DNA from: a virus
IMG/VR virus record: IMGVR_UViG_3300025108_004499
Length of the DNA stretch: 64,000 nt
Direction: 5' to 3' (one strand)
Shown here: positions 63,219-64,000 of the stretch, piece after piece
Layout: each line of letters begins with the position of its first letter
How positions within the stretch are numbered: the first letter of the stretch is position 1
Translations under genes and position numbers: made by a program
The notes under the pieces: model-generated
Database searches by the model: none
Seen by the model: the letters and a program-made list of their open reading frames with translations, nothing else
Told to the model about the DNA's origin: nothing

Positions 63219-64000
63219 TTACTTATTGTTGTCGTCTTGTATTTTCTTCCAAACTGAACTTTCACTTTGTTCTGCATTTTGTACATAACCTTCTTGTTCA
63301 TTTTCTATTGGTGCCCATGGTAGTTCGTGTATTCTACCTGACACATATGCTTGTTTCCAATCCTTTATACTTTGATCAGGATTGTCATCTTTCCATTTAC
63401 GTTTTGCTTTTGTCCATTCCGCATCATTTTCGTACTTTGCAACAAGAGTAGCTCTTTCTTTAATCTCTTGTGATTTAAGATTGTCGTCTCCAAACATCAC
63501 TGCTTGTTCTTGAGCAACTTCTTTCTCTGCGGCCTCAACCCATTTGTTCCATTGTTCAATGTCACTAGGTTCTTCTTTTAATTCTTCCGATGATTCTTGT
63601 TCTTTTTTTTTAGGTTCTTCTTTCGGAGTATCTGCTAGTTGCTCTAGTATTTCTTTATCTTCTTCCATAATCTCTTCAGCAACTTTAACTGCTTCGTCTA
63701 CAGGCTCCTCTTCAGGAGCATCAGGCTTTTTTGGCGTTTCATTCCTCGCAATCATATTACCACGATTAGTTTCATAGTCTTTCCATTCTTTGCTTCTTCC
63801 ATTCTTTCTAGCAAACTCAAATGTGTATTGTGAGGCAATCAATAGCAATACTGCTAGTGGATCAAACACAAAGATAATAATCATAATGACCCAACGTACT
63901 GCTTCTTCAAGCATTGTGTTGTCAGCAGTTTCACCATAAACAAATTCAGCAATGTATTTGATTGGCCCTACTTCAGCTTCGAGCAAACGATACTCGCCTT
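63219..64000 (-). CDS. Membrane protein, 5' end outside the window
   Basis: Frame is open to the window edge; EVGPIKYIAE..AVRWVI..IIFVFDPLAV.LL TM then an acidic tail. Confidence 0.65.
   Translation of the reverse strand, partial: GEYRLLEAEVGPIKYIAEFVYGETADNTMLEEAVRWVIMIIIFVFDPLAVLLLIASQYTFEFARKNGRSKEWKDYETNRGNMIARNETPKKPDAPEEEPVDEAVKVAEEIMEEDKEILEQLADTPKEEPKKKEQESSEELKEEPSDIEQWNKWVEAAEKEVAQEQAVMFGDDNLKSQEIKERATLVAKYENDAEWTKAKRKWKDDNPDQSIKDWKQAYVSGRIHELPWAPIENEQEGYVQNAEQSESSVWKKIQDDNNK

Noticed and set aside
1-64000. Stop-codon reassignment, as in some jumbo phages
   Set aside because: Long genes are open and tile densely in the standard code; TAG and TGA both end genes; no suppressor tRNA is present
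1-64000. CRISPR array, diversity-generating retroelement, introns or inteins, integrase or transposase
   Set aside because: By eye there are no regularly spaced repeats, no reverse transcriptase, no interrupted conserved genes and no recombinase motifs

Overview
This is a 64-kb fragment of a large, AT-rich, gene-dense tailed (jumbo-type) bacteriophage genome. It is read in the standard code and about 90% of genes lie on the minus strand. The host is probably an aquatic Gram-negative bacterium, plausibly an alphaproteobacterium, inferred from spanins, FdxA, hemO-pcyX and a ROSE element. Left to right it carries: a lysis cassette (GH19 endolysin, spanin-like pair, holin candidates); replication, nucleotide and auxiliary genes (phoH, thyX, clamp loader, exonuclease, a stand-alone DnaE fragment, MazG-like, GroES); a ~15.5-kb baseplate/fibre block with a subtilisin-like protease and a 2400-aa virion protein; iscA, uvsE, a PMM, a glycosyltransferase and queD; DNA ligase; five tRNAs; iscU, clpP and a peroxiredoxin; a curli-like CsgF-CsgG-curlin-FecR-curlin-CHASE2 adenylate cyclase locus with a divergent Fis-type HTH gene; and pcyX-hemO, clpS, hsp20, guaC and ribosomal protein bS21. 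The most notable observations are: (1) the 2400-aa virion protein has two nested phycobiliprotein-like helical domains that keep the bilin-attachment C-x-R-D motif, in a genome that also encodes a bilin pathway; (2) an unannotated set of cis-regulatory RNAs, namely a Trp leader-peptide attenuator in front of tRNA-Trp, a glnA-type glutamine riboswitch, two preQ1-I-like pseudoknots and a ROSE thermometer; (3) the curli-FecR-cyclase trans-envelope module; (4) a tRNA-Ser with an ACT anticodon; (5) a class of apparently leaderless late genes; and (6) two metallothionein-like microproteins missed by the ORF track. All family calls are by-eye motif recognition; no database search was run.
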